Positions 8,148-16,363 of a DNA stretch of 16,687 nucleotides are shown one piece after another (position 1 is the first letter of the stretch; every line of letters starts with the position of its first letter). Location of the stretch: assembly GCA_040752415.1 (NCBI GenBank), contig JBFMGU010000233.1, positions 1 to 16,687 on the forward strand, in the 5' to 3' direction. Below the pieces are notes generated by a model. That model did not search any database and had not been told where the DNA came from. It saw only the letters and a list, made by a program, of their open reading frames with translations. The position numbers and the translations under genes are program-made. Source of the DNA: Myxococcota bacterium. Lineage in GTDB: Bacteria > Myxococcota > JACRCW01.

Positions 8148-8382
8148 GCCACCGCCTCCGCGACCCCGACGGGAACACCCCGAAGCGGACGCCGCTGGGC
8201 GCAAACTGTCAAGGGAGCCACCGCACGCCCCCCTGCCGGAATGCGTGATCGGGAGGAGAGCCTGACGTCATCAAGGGGCGGAAGCAGCGCCGCGTGCGCG
8301 TCCTCAGGCATCCCCGACGCGTCGAGCAGTCACATCCCGCGGGAGGTACCGGCGCTCTGAAGGTCTGTCGGACATTGCCAGG

Positions 8383-8492
8383 AGAAGGAAGTCAGAAGTC
8401 AGAATGCAGAAGTCAGAAGGTGCTTGCCCGTCGTCGTCACGGGACCACCTTCTGACTTCTGACTTCTGACTTCTGACTCCTGACTTCCTTCT
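8383..8492. repeat. Inverted arrays of 7-bp tandem repeats (GAAGTCA)n / (TGACTTC)n forming a long hairpin
   Basis: Left arm 8383-8422 AGAAG-GAAGTCA-GAAGTCA-GAATGCA-GAAGTCA-GAAGGTG. Right arm 8446-8492 CACCT-(TCTGACT)x4-CCTGACT-TCCTTCT. Inner mini-stem CCCGT/ACGGG. Lies about 40 nt downstream of the MFS stop, so it may also act in termination. Confidence 0.9.
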
Positions 8493-8532
8493 TTGGGGAT
8501 TCTCTGGGGATTCTCCGACACCCCATGAGAAC

Positions 8533-9861
8533 TCAGTTGGCGTCGCGCTGGCGCATCAGCACGCTGCCCCGCCACAGCATCACGGCGGAGAGCACACACG
8601 CCACGGGGCAGATGAGCAGGGAGTAACGCACCAGCGTGGGATCCTGCGCCACGCCGAGGACGTCATTGATGCGACCCACGATGGGCGGCGTGATGCCGTA
8701 GCCCACGATGTTGACGATGAAGAAGTACACGCCCACGCCGAGACCACGCAGCTTGGGGCCCACCACGTCCTGGATATCCGCCGCCGCGGGCCCGAGCCAC
8801 ATCAGCGCCACGCCCATCAGGACGAACATGGGCATCAGGAACACCGTGACGCTGTCCGCAAACAGCATCACCATCCACAACGGCGCGGAGACCAGCGCAC
8901 CCATGGCGGTGAACTGCATGCGACCACCCTTGTGACGCGCGCGGAACCAGTCCGCACCGTAGCCGCCCAGGATCGCGCCCAGCAGGCCACCCACCGACGC
9001 GCACAGGCCGATGTAGAAGCCCACCGTCTTCAGCTCCAGGCCAAACGCCTTGTGCATGTACGTGGGCATCCAGATGCTGAGGCTGTTGCCCGCCACGGCG
9101 AGGAGCGCGTAGCCCGCGTAGTGGAACCACAGCGCCTTGACGCGGAAGAGCACGCGCCAGTCGGGCTGCTCGCTGCTGTCCGTCGTCGTGGCGCGCTCGG
9201 TGACGCCCCGGGCCGGCTCGCGCAGCATCAGGACCGCCACGGCCATGATGATGCCGGGGAAGCCCAGCAGGTAGAACGCCCAACGCCAGCCGTAGGTGTC
9301 GCCAATGAGGCCGCCCAGCAGCATGGCCACTCCCGCGCCCATGGGGATGCCCGCGGAGTAGATGGCGCCAATGGTGGCGCGCATGCGCGGCGGGAACAGG
9401 TCGCTGAGCAGCGAGAGCGCAGCGGGTCCCAGCGTGGCCTCACCCACGCCCACCATCACGCGACAGACGAAGATGCCCGCGAACGTGTCCATCCAGCCCG
9501 TGAGCCCGGAGAACACGCTCCAGATCACCAGCCCCACCGCGATCATGCGCTTGCGCACCACGCGGTCCGCCAGGCGACCAAAGGGAATGCCCAACAGCGT
9601 GTAGAAGATGACGAACGACGTCGTGCCGAGCAGCGCGAGCTCGAGGTCGGTGAACTTCATCTCCTTCTTGATGGGCCCGAACAGGATGTAGATCAGCGTC
9701 CGGTCCAGGTAGTTCAGCATGTACACGACAAACAGCACCGCCAACGCCACCCACGACGAGCCCGGCACCGGGGCCTCGGCGGCAACGGGGGCGGACGCGG
9801 GAGCAGGCGCGGGCGGGTCGACGCGGACCGCGGTGGGACGGGACGAAACGGCAAGTGACAT
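8533..9861 (-). CDS. Major facilitator superfamily transporter, spinster-like
   Basis: GAGGAGGGG precedes ATG 9861 (start reassigned from 9978). About 12 hydrophobic segments; MFS motif A GRLADRVVRK; YMLNYLDR and RVMVGVGEAT segments typical of the spinster-like branch. Confidence 0.9.
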   Translation of the reverse strand: MSLAVSSRPTAVRVDPPAPAPASAPVAAEAPVPGSSWVALAVLFVVYMLNYLDRTLIYILFGPIKKEMKFTDLELALLGTTSFVIFYTLLGIPFGRLADRVVRKRMIAVGLVIWSVFSGLTGWMDTFAGIFVCRVMVGVGEATLGPAALSLLSDLFPPRMRATIGAIYSAGIPMGAGVAMLLGGLIGDTYGWRWAFYLLGFPGIIMAVAVLMLREPARGVTERATTTDSSEQPDWRVLFRVKALWFHYAGYALLAVAGNSLSIWMPTYMHKAFGLELKTVGFYIGLCASVGGLLGAILGGYGADWFRARHKGGRMQFTAMGALVSAPLWMVMLFADSVTVFLMPMFVLMGVALMWLGPAAADIQDVVGPKLRGLGVGVYFFIVNIVGYGITPPIVGRINDVLGVAQDPTLVRYSLLICPVACVLSAVMLWRGSVLMRQRDAN

Positions 9862-9872
9862 GGTTCCCCTCC

Positions 9873-10754
9873 TCAAAGGGACAACCGCCAGACTTCCTTG
9901 GCGGTGGTGAAATCGTCGGGAATGGTTTGGGCCAGGGTGGTGACCTCGGAGATCACGCGCGCCACCTCGCCCAGGCACTCGTGCACCCAGACGTGGGTCA
10001 CCTGCCGCGCGTCGCCCACCACGCCCACGCGTTGCAGGCGCACGGTGACCCGCAGCGTGTTGCGCAGGATCAGGTCGGGCAGCACCAGCGTGCCGCGGCC
10101 GGTCACTTCCACCTCGTAGTTGTCGTCCAGCGCGGTGGGCAGCCCCAGCACCACGGCGTTGCTGGCGCGGGCCTGGGTGACCGCGCGCGTGCCTTCCTGC
10201 AGCGGGAAGGGATAGAGCACCACCGGCACGTCGTAGACCACCAGGGTGCGGCCCTCCGCGGGGTCCGGCTCCGACGACGCGCTGCCGTACAGCCTCACCC
10301 CGTCGTCATCCACGCGCAGCGGGCCCAGCAGCTTGCCGCCCGGCACCAGCGGACCGGCGTGCTCCGCCTGCGGGAAGCTTCCCTGGAACCACTGGCCTTC
10401 CATGCTCTGCAGCTGCAGACGCCCCAGCGGCTCTCCCTCGGGGTCGGGCACGGAGAAGTCCCAGCGACGGTCCCCGTCCTCGTCGGTGAAGCCCAACACG
10501 TCCACCGTCACGGGGCCCTGCCGCACACGCACCCGGGCCACCGCGCCTTCCACGAAGGGCATCTCCGCGTACTCGATGACGCCGTCATTGTTGCCGCGAC
10601 AATCCGGCGCCTGCACCACCGGCTCGTAGCTCTCGTCCTCGGCGGACGTCTCCGGGGCCAGGCCGTAGGGCGCGCCCTCGCACGCGGCGCACAGCAGCAC
10701 CGTCAACGCCAGCGCGGAACGCAGTCCATGGTGCAGTGCAACATCAGCGCGCAT
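9873..10754 (-). CDS. Lipoprotein of unknown function, paralog of 13313..14329
   Basis: LALTVLLCAA-C lipobox; EF-hand-like NNDGVIEYAE. Shares WDFS, FPQ, G.AS.EP...TL..YD.PV....FP and RG.LV.P...LRV blocks with the other lipoprotein. Start overlaps the upstream stop by 11 nt. Confidence 0.85.
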   Translation of the reverse strand: MRADVALHHGLRSALALTVLLCAACEGAPYGLAPETSAEDESYEPVVQAPDCRGNNDGVIEYAEMPFVEGAVARVRVRQGPVTVDVLGFTDEDGDRRWDFSVPDPEGEPLGRLQLQSMEGQWFQGSFPQAEHAGPLVPGGKLLGPLRVDDDGVRLYGSASSEPDPAEGRTLVVYDVPVVLYPFPLQEGTRAVTQARASNAVVLGLPTALDDNYEVEVTGRGTLVLPDLILRNTLRVTVRLQRVGVVGDARQVTHVWVHECLGEVARVISEVTTLAQTIPDDFTTAKEVWRLSL

Positions 10755-12333
10755 AACCCAGCCTCACAAGGACCATGGTGGTGGGAAGGTTGGAGCTGTT
10801 GGCGCTCCGCTTGGCCAGACCCGCCAGGGGAAAGAGCACGCCGGCGTCGGTACGAATGGAGAAGGAGCCCATCTGCAGCGTCATGGCGCTGTCGACCTCG
10901 AACCCCAGCGGGTTGGCCCCGCCAGGCGCACTGCGCGCCAGCAGCGCGTGCGAGTACACGGTGTTGAACTCAAAGCGCATCCCCTCGACGGGCTGCAACG
11001 CGAACCGACCCCGCGCATACGCCGCCTCGCTCACGCCCCCCAGCAGCGTGCGCCAGAGGATGAGATCCACGCGGTACATCGGGTGCATGCGGAAGGAGTC
11101 GAACCGGCGGTCGCGCACGCCGTCCACCTGCGGGCCAAAGATGTCTCCCCGACGGGACTCCAGCAGGCCGGTGCTCTCCGACGCAGGGAATCCGGGGCTG
11201 GGATCCGGGCTGGCCACGCCCGCCTCACCCAGCAGACCAAACCGGCCGCGCAGCGGCAGCCACTCCGCCACCAGCACGCCCGCGAACGGGTTGCCCGTGA
11301 CGGGCTGACGGAACTCCACGCCGGGGTACGGCGAGGGATTGCCAATGTGCAGGTGCGTGAACACGCCTTCCGCTTCCACGCGCAGGTCGCGGAACCAGAA
11401 GCGGACCCACACGTCGGCCAGCGCGGCGAAGTAGTCGCGACGCACCGTCTCATTCTTGTTGAGCCCCGGAGTGGCGGAGAGCGTCTGGTAGTAGACCGGA
11501 TTGTCGCGCAGCTGGAACTGCGTGGTGAGCGCGGCGCCGTAGTCCAGCACCCAGCCCCCGGCGCGACGGTGCATGTCCACTTCCCACGGCGCGCGCCAGC
11601 GCAACACCGCCAGGGAGAACGCCTGCTGGCCCAGCAACGGGGAGGTCGGGTTGGGGCCCACCGCGTTGTGGTTGCCGCGCGGACCGCTGGCCGCGATGTC
11701 AAACGCCGCCGCCAGGAAGTGGCCCACCATGGGCATCCACCACGCCACGCGATCCGCGCGGTCACCACCGTCGTCGTCGAGATCGTCGCCGGCGTTGGCG
11801 GCAATGCCCAGGCCGAAATGCGTGGGGGAGCGCCCCGCGGAGATCACGCCCAGCGGCGTCATGGCCTCGGCCACCGCGCTGCGCAGCTTGAAGGCGCCCT
11901 GGGCGGCGGTGACCGGATCCTGGAACCCGGTGCCCGCCACAATGGCCGCCCGCCCGTTGTACGGCGTACCACGCGGAGTTGCGCCAAAGGCCAGGTTGTC
12001 CAGCACGTCCACCTCGACAAAGACACGCACGTCCTCGCCGAACCACAACGTGGGAGAGAGACGCAGCCGCATGTCCGCGCCCGTGGTGGTGCGCAGCGGC
12101 CCGTCGCCACGGGGCCAATAGGTCTGACCGCTGGGAGAAGGACGCGCCTCCAGGTCCATCCCGTTGTAGACCGCGCCGCGCACGCGCAGGTGGCCCTTGA
12201 GGGAGAACAGCTCACCGGGCTTGTGCTCGCGGAAGGTCTCGCCCGGGTCACCAAAGCCCACGCGCGCGTGCGCCGTCATGCCCGACGACACCAACGCCAC
12301 CACGGCCACCCATCGCATGCAGCGCGTCATCAT
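10744..12333 (-). CDS. Outer-membrane beta-barrel protein, resembling myxobacterial TIGR04551-type barrels
   Basis: ATG 12333 overlaps the hydrolase TGA (ATGA). Sec signal MMTRCMRWVAVVALVSSGMTAHA; alternating amphipathic strands (FSLKGHLRVRG, ADMRLRLSP, VRVFVEVDVLDN, LRVEAEG, LGFEVD); C-terminal MVLVRLGYAR. The family name is from recollection of the motifs. Confidence 0.75.
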   Translation of the reverse strand: MMTRCMRWVAVVALVSSGMTAHARVGFGDPGETFREHKPGELFSLKGHLRVRGAVYNGMDLEARPSPSGQTYWPRGDGPLRTTTGADMRLRLSPTLWFGEDVRVFVEVDVLDNLAFGATPRGTPYNGRAAIVAGTGFQDPVTAAQGAFKLRSAVAEAMTPLGVISAGRSPTHFGLGIAANAGDDLDDDGGDRADRVAWWMPMVGHFLAAAFDIAASGPRGNHNAVGPNPTSPLLGQQAFSLAVLRWRAPWEVDMHRRAGGWVLDYGAALTTQFQLRDNPVYYQTLSATPGLNKNETVRRDYFAALADVWVRFWFRDLRVEAEGVFTHLHIGNPSPYPGVEFRQPVTGNPFAGVLVAEWLPLRGRFGLLGEAGVASPDPSPGFPASESTGLLESRRGDIFGPQVDGVRDRRFDSFRMHPMYRVDLILWRTLLGGVSEAAYARGRFALQPVEGMRFEFNTVYSHALLARSAPGGANPLGFEVDSAMTLQMGSFSIRTDAGVLFPLAGLAKRSANSSNLPTTMVLVRLGYAR

Positions 12334-13316
12334 GGCGTGGCCACTCCACCCTGGCCGCTGGAGACCCGGGCGCGCGGCGCGGCGCCTCCGTCCACCACCG
12401 CCAGCAGCTCCTGGATGACGTTGAGCAACGCGGCCGGACGCTCCCACGGCGGAACGTGACCACACCTGGTCAGGACCTCCAGGCGCGTGTTGTCGATGTA
12501 GCCCGCGAGCTTCTTCCCGTCGGCCAGCGGCGTGACGCGGTCATCCTCCCCCCACACGATCACGGTGGGAACGCGCAGCGTGTTGTAGCGCTTCTGGTCG
12601 CGCGTGTAGTCCATGCCTCGCACTGTGTGCAGTGCAGCATAAAGCGCGCCTTCCTGGACCATGTTGCTGCGGAACTCCCCAATGGATTCCGGCGTGGCAA
12701 AGCGCTGCTGGTCGGAGAACGCCAGGATGTACTTCTCCCCGACAACCTCCTTGAACTGCGTGGCGAAGATGAACTCGCCCAGGCCGGGCACCTTGGCCCA
12801 CCGGAACGAGGACGGGATCTGCTCCTCCAGCGCGAACGCGTCGACGAGCACCAGCCCCGCGAACCGCTCGGGATGTTCCAGCGCGGCCTTGAGCACCACG
12901 CCGCCGCCGTAGGAGTGGCCCACCAGCACCGGCTTCTCCAACTCCAGCGCGTCGGCCAGCGCCACCAGGTCGCGCGCGTGCACCGCGGGACCGTACTTGC
13001 CCCCCGGACGCTCCGACTTCCCGAACCCGCGCTGGTCATAGGACACCACCCGACGCGACTCCGCGAGCGCGGGCTGGATGAGCGTCCACGTCTCCAGCCG
13101 GGAGCCGTAGCCGTGCACCATGATCACCGGGTGACGACGTGACTCGATCCGCTCCGGCGCGGTGTCACGCACGCGCAGCCAGGCGTTGTCCACCAGCACG
13201 TACTTGTCGGACTGCGGGGCGTCATGCGCCAGCAGGGGCGCCTTGGCGGAGTGCTTCCCCGGCGCGCACGCAGCCAGGAGCACCGCTCCCACGAGAACCA
13301 GGCGCGTGCGCTTCAT
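12330..13316 (-). CDS. Alpha/beta-fold serine hydrolase lipoprotein (esterase/lipase-like)
   Basis: MKRTRLVLVGAVLLAA-C lipobox; HGYG oxyanion loop, DQRGFGKS, nucleophile GHSYGG, acid WGEDDRVTP, His CGHVP. ATGA overlaps at both ends. Confidence 0.92.
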   Translation of the reverse strand: MKRTRLVLVGAVLLAACAPGKHSAKAPLLAHDAPQSDKYVLVDNAWLRVRDTAPERIESRRHPVIMVHGYGSRLETWTLIQPALAESRRVVSYDQRGFGKSERPGGKYGPAVHARDLVALADALELEKPVLVGHSYGGGVVLKAALEHPERFAGLVLVDAFALEEQIPSSFRWAKVPGLGEFIFATQFKEVVGEKYILAFSDQQRFATPESIGEFRSNMVQEGALYAALHTVRGMDYTRDQKRYNTLRVPTVIVWGEDDRVTPLADGKKLAGYIDNTRLEVLTRCGHVPPWERPAALLNVIQELLAVVDGGAAPRARVSSGQGGVATP

Positions 13317-14329
13317 GGCGCCAACCCCAGCCGCCGGAGCTCCGCCGCGGTGCTGAACTGCAGCTCCTCCTCACCTTCCAGGCTGGCCACGTACGCAACC
13401 TGCGAATAGCAGGGCGTCATGAAGCTGTAGCGGATGTACTTGTAGGTGAGCACGAAGGGCCAGAACGCAATGGGCACATCCACCTGGTGCTGCAAGCGCA
13501 CGCGGAGCACAGGGAAGGTTCCCGCCGGTGTCACCAGGTGGCCGCGCGCGTCGACGCTGAGATCGTAGGTGTCACTGCTGGAGTAGAACGTGTTGCCTTC
13601 GAAGGTGCCGCTGACGTCGGTGTTGCTGGTGAAGGCCTGGTTCAGCGTCACGGGGAACCGCACGATGTCCACCGGCGGGTCATAGGTGAGCAGCGTGTGC
13701 TCCGGCTCCTGGCTGGCCACGCCCAGCATCTGCACCACGCTCTCGGTGCGCTGGTAGATGGCGTAGTTGGTGGACTCGCCGTCGAGCGGGACCGCGTAGG
13801 CGCCCTGCGGGAAGCGATTGCCGAACCAGAGGTCGTCGAGCGGCAGCGCCTCCAACGTGAAGGCCTGGTCACCGGGCGCCGCCGCGGAGAAGTCCCACAC
13901 CCGCAGGCCCTGGGAGTCCGTGGTGCCCACCAGGTCCACCGGGATCCCGCCGTCCGCGCGCGCCTCCACGAACCGGCTCTCCACGTTCAGCGCCAGCGGG
14001 AGCTCCTCGGCGGTGAGGACGCCGTCGTCATCAAAGGGACACGCGCCACCGGGCCGGCCGCCGTCCCCCTGCCCTCCCGCGTCGTTGCCGTGGGCGGTGG
14101 CCGCGTCCCCGCGCTGCGTGCCGCCGTCCGTCCGGCTCAGCCCGGCGTCCAGCACGCCGTGGGGATCCTCATCCGCGCCCACACACTGGCCCGCGCGACA
14201 CACCGTCTCGAGCGGACAGTCATCATTGGCACTGCACGCGGTACCGGAGCAGCCGGGGACAGCCGCAACCGTCCCGGCCAGCAACGCGGCCAAGGCGATC
14301 AGACGAGGGAAGGTGGGAGCGGCAACCAT
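13313..14329 (-). CDS. Lipoprotein with Cys-rich module, paralog of 9873..10754; first gene of the minus-strand operon
   Basis: Start reassigned to ATG 14329: MVAAPTFPRLIALAALLAGTVAAVPG-C. CSANDDCPLETVCRAGQC, DAG-type linker, DDDGVLTAEE, then a beta-rich domain. Stop overlaps the hydrolase ATG. Confidence 0.85.
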   Translation of the reverse strand: MVAAPTFPRLIALAALLAGTVAAVPGCSGTACSANDDCPLETVCRAGQCVGADEDPHGVLDAGLSRTDGGTQRGDAATAHGNDAGGQGDGGRPGGACPFDDDGVLTAEELPLALNVESRFVEARADGGIPVDLVGTTDSQGLRVWDFSAAAPGDQAFTLEALPLDDLWFGNRFPQGAYAVPLDGESTNYAIYQRTESVVQMLGVASQEPEHTLLTYDPPVDIVRFPVTLNQAFTSNTDVSGTFEGNTFYSSSDTYDLSVDARGHLVTPAGTFPVLRVRLQHQVDVPIAFWPFVLTYKYIRYSFMTPCYSQVAYVASLEGEEELQFSTAAELRRLGLAP

Positions 14330-14340
14330 GACGGTGGCGT

Positions 14341-14393
14341 GATTAATGTGCGCTGCCACAAAAATCAAGGCCCTTTTATTGCGCTCCGCAACA
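14341..14393 (-). promoter_or_regulatory. Putative promoter of the minus-strand operon with degenerate PhaR-type boxes
   Basis: AT-rich island. The minus strand reads GTTGCGGAGCGCAATAAAAGGGCC-TTGATT-TTTGTGGCAGCGCACATTAAT. 14347-14366 TGTGCGCTGCCACAAAAATC nearly duplicates 14599-14617. Confidence 0.55.
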
Positions 14394-14597
14394 CGACCGA
14401 TACCCGGATCACCCCCGGATCTCCCTCCCACCGGCCCGTCCGCCCCGCGCCACCGCCCGCCGGCCGACCTCCCCGCCGACGCCCGACCGAAGACGATCCT
14501 CGTCGTCATGCCCAACCACAACGCCCGCGGCGCCCGGGCCGCACCATCAAGGAATATGCACCGCCCGGGTTGCCTGCCGCGCGGATCCGCTGATTTG

Positions 14598-14612
14598 TTG
14601 TGCGCTGCACAA
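14598..14612. promoter_or_regulatory. PhaR-type operator, perfect palindrome TTGTGC-GCT-GCACAA
   Basis: Matches TGCRNYGCASMA on both strands and sits just upstream of the -35 of the phasin-like gene. Confidence 0.75.
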
Positions 14613-14619
14613 AAATCCC

Positions 14620-14648
14620 TTGACTCCGGATCAGCTCATGTCTAGGTT
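14620..14648 (+). promoter_or_regulatory. Sigma70-type promoter of the pha operon
   Basis: TTGACT (14620-14625), 17-nt spacer, TAGGTT (14643-14648); GGAG RBS at 14681 and ATG at 14692. Confidence 0.65.
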
Positions 14649-14691
14649 GCGTCTTGCCACGGCGGACGTGGCCCCCAACCGGAGAATTCAG

Positions 14692-14973
14692 ATGACCTCG
14701 AACAACTTCATGATCGACCCCACCGAGCAGCTCAACGCCTTCACCAAGCAGTACCAGGAGGGTGTGCGCACCTACCTGAACTTCGTGGGGACCATGGCGG
14801 ACAGCCTGGACAAGCAGGTGGCGGACGGCCTGCGCGTGGCGGGCAGCGTGCAGGATCACCTCGCGGCTTCCCGTCGCCAGGGCATCAAGATGTTCGAGGA
14901 GGCGGTGGAGCGCAGCCTGGGCATGAGCCAGACGCTGGTGACCAACATGACGCAGGCCTGGAGGACCAAGTGA
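14692..14973 (+). CDS. Small helical protein (93 aa), putative phasin / PHA granule-associated protein
   Basis: GGAG 14681-14684 before ATG 14692; amphipathic helical composition; first gene before the phaE-like gene and phaC, downstream of a PhaR-type box. Function inferred from context. Confidence 0.6.
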   Translation: MTSNNFMIDPTEQLNAFTKQYQEGVRTYLNFVGTMADSLDKQVADGLRVAGSVQDHLAASRRQGIKMFEEAVERSLGMSQTLVTNMTQAWRTK

Positions 14974-15284
14974 ACAACCTGCAGCCCTTCAACATCACCA
15001 CCTGGCCCCTCTACCAGGCCTGGGAGAAGGCCACCTCGCGCATGCTGGAGAACACCATGCGTGACAACAGCTTCCTGGAGCTCTCCGGCCAGATGATGCG
15101 GAACATGCTGCAAAGCAAGAAGACGCTGGACCGCATGTTCGGCCTGGAGGCCGCGGGAGACAACCACTACGCCACCGAGCAGGACGTGGCGGAGCTGCGC
15201 CAGCGGGTGGTCGAGCTGGAGCGCCGGATCGTGCGGCTGGAGTCGGGCCGCAAGGGCGGCAACGCGGCGGGAGCAGAGGCATGA
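14970..15284 (+). CDS. phaE: Short PhaE-like PHA synthase subunit (104 aa)
   Basis: GTGA and ATGA overlaps couple it to both neighbours. C-terminal ATEQDVAELRQRVVELERRIVRLE resembles the PhaE / Bacillus PhaR C-terminal coiled coil; directly upstream of phaC. Confidence 0.6.
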   Translation: MNNLQPFNITTWPLYQAWEKATSRMLENTMRDNSFLELSGQMMRNMLQSKKTLDRMFGLEAAGDNHYATEQDVAELRQRVVELERRIVRLESGRKGGNAAGAEA

Positions 15285-16363
15285 TGAACAGCGCTTCCTA
15301 CCTCCGCCTGGCGGACCACGCCCACGCGTGGACCAGCGCGGCGTCCCGTGCTGCGTTGCAGCAGACGGCCAACACCTTCCGCCTGTTCAAGGGGCAGGGG
15401 CCGGTGCCGACGCCCACCCGCGGAGCCACCCCGCATGAGACGGTGGCCGAGCGGGAGGGCATCAAGCTCCTGCGCTACCCGGCGCGTGATGGGAAGGCCA
15501 AGGCGTCCGTTGTCGTCGTGGCGTCGCTCATCAACCAGTACTACGTGATGGACCTGCTGCCGGAGGTGTCGGTGATTGACACGCTGGCGCGCAAGGGCAT
15601 GGACGTCTACGTGCTGGACTGGGCGGCGCCCGGCGCCGAGGGCCCGCAGCGGGACTTCAGCGACTACGCCGACGGGTTCATCCCGTGGGCCGTGGAGCAC
15701 GCCAGCAAGGGTGGCAAGCCGCCGCACGTGCTGGGCTACTGCATGGGTGGCACGTTGGCGGTGATCCACGCCGCGCGTCATCCCGAGCAGGTGCGCTCGC
15801 TGACCCTGCTGGGCGCTCCGGTGGACTTCCACAAGAGCGGCGTGCTGGCCACCTGGACGGACCGCCGGTACTTCGACGCGGACCTGATGGTGGACGCGTT
15901 TGGCAACGTGCCGCCGTTCATGCTGCAGAGTGCGTTCAAGACCATGGCCACCGCGGGCATGGTCAAGAAGTACTCCGACCTGTGGGAGCGCGCCGACGAC
16001 GAGGGTGCGGTGCGTCACTTCCTGGCGGTGGAGTCCTGGCTGGAGGACAACATTGCCTTCCCGGGCGGGCTGTACCGGCCGTACATCCGCGACTGCTACC
16101 AGGACAACAAGCTCATCAAGAGCGAGATGGTGGTGGCCGGGAAGAAGGTGGAGCTGAAGAAGATCACCATGCCGCTGCTCACCGTGGTGGCCACCAAGGA
16201 CAACATCTGCGCTCCGGCGGCGTCGCTGGCGCTGCAGGAGGTGGCGGGCTCCACGGACAAGCAGGCCATCGAGTTCGAGACCGGCCACATCGGTCTCACC
16301 ACCAGCAAGCGCGCCCTCAAGGAGATGTGGCCGCGCGTGGCCACGTGGATGCTCGAGCGGTGA
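15281..16363 (+). CDS. phaC: Class III/IV-type polyhydroxyalkanoate synthase subunit PhaC (360 aa)
   Basis: GATPHETV..LLRY, SLINQYYVMDL, DVYVLDW, lipase box GYCMGG (catalytic Cys), APVDF, VDAFGNVP, ATKDNI (Asp), TGHIG (His). The ~40 kDa size fits class III/IV. Confidence 0.88.
   Translation: MMNSASYLRLADHAHAWTSAASRAALQQTANTFRLFKGQGPVPTPTRGATPHETVAEREGIKLLRYPARDGKAKASVVVVASLINQYYVMDLLPEVSVIDTLARKGMDVYVLDWAAPGAEGPQRDFSDYADGFIPWAVEHASKGGKPPHVLGYCMGGTLAVIHAARHPEQVRSLTLLGAPVDFHKSGVLATWTDRRYFDADLMVDAFGNVPPFMLQSAFKTMATAGMVKKYSDLWERADDEGAVRHFLAVESWLEDNIAFPGGLYRPYIRDCYQDNKLIKSEMVVAGKKVELKKITMPLLTVVATKDNICAPAASLALQEVAGSTDKQAIEFETGHIGLTTSKRALKEMWPRVATWMLER

Noticed and set aside
8399..8599. 66-aa ORF containing SQESEVRSQKSE
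   Set aside because: Translation of the heptamer repeat; overlaps the MFS 3' end and has no RBS support.
14330..14691. N-terminal extensions to 14521 (minus) and 14620 (plus) given by the ORF track
   Set aside because: They run through promoter/operator elements; the signal peptide (14329) and RBS (14692) support the downstream starts.
15281..16363. Calling this an ordinary lipase or a class I/II PhaC
   Set aside because: Cys nucleophile (GYCMGG), 360-aa length without the long class I N-terminal domain, and an upstream PhaE-like gene fit class III/IV.
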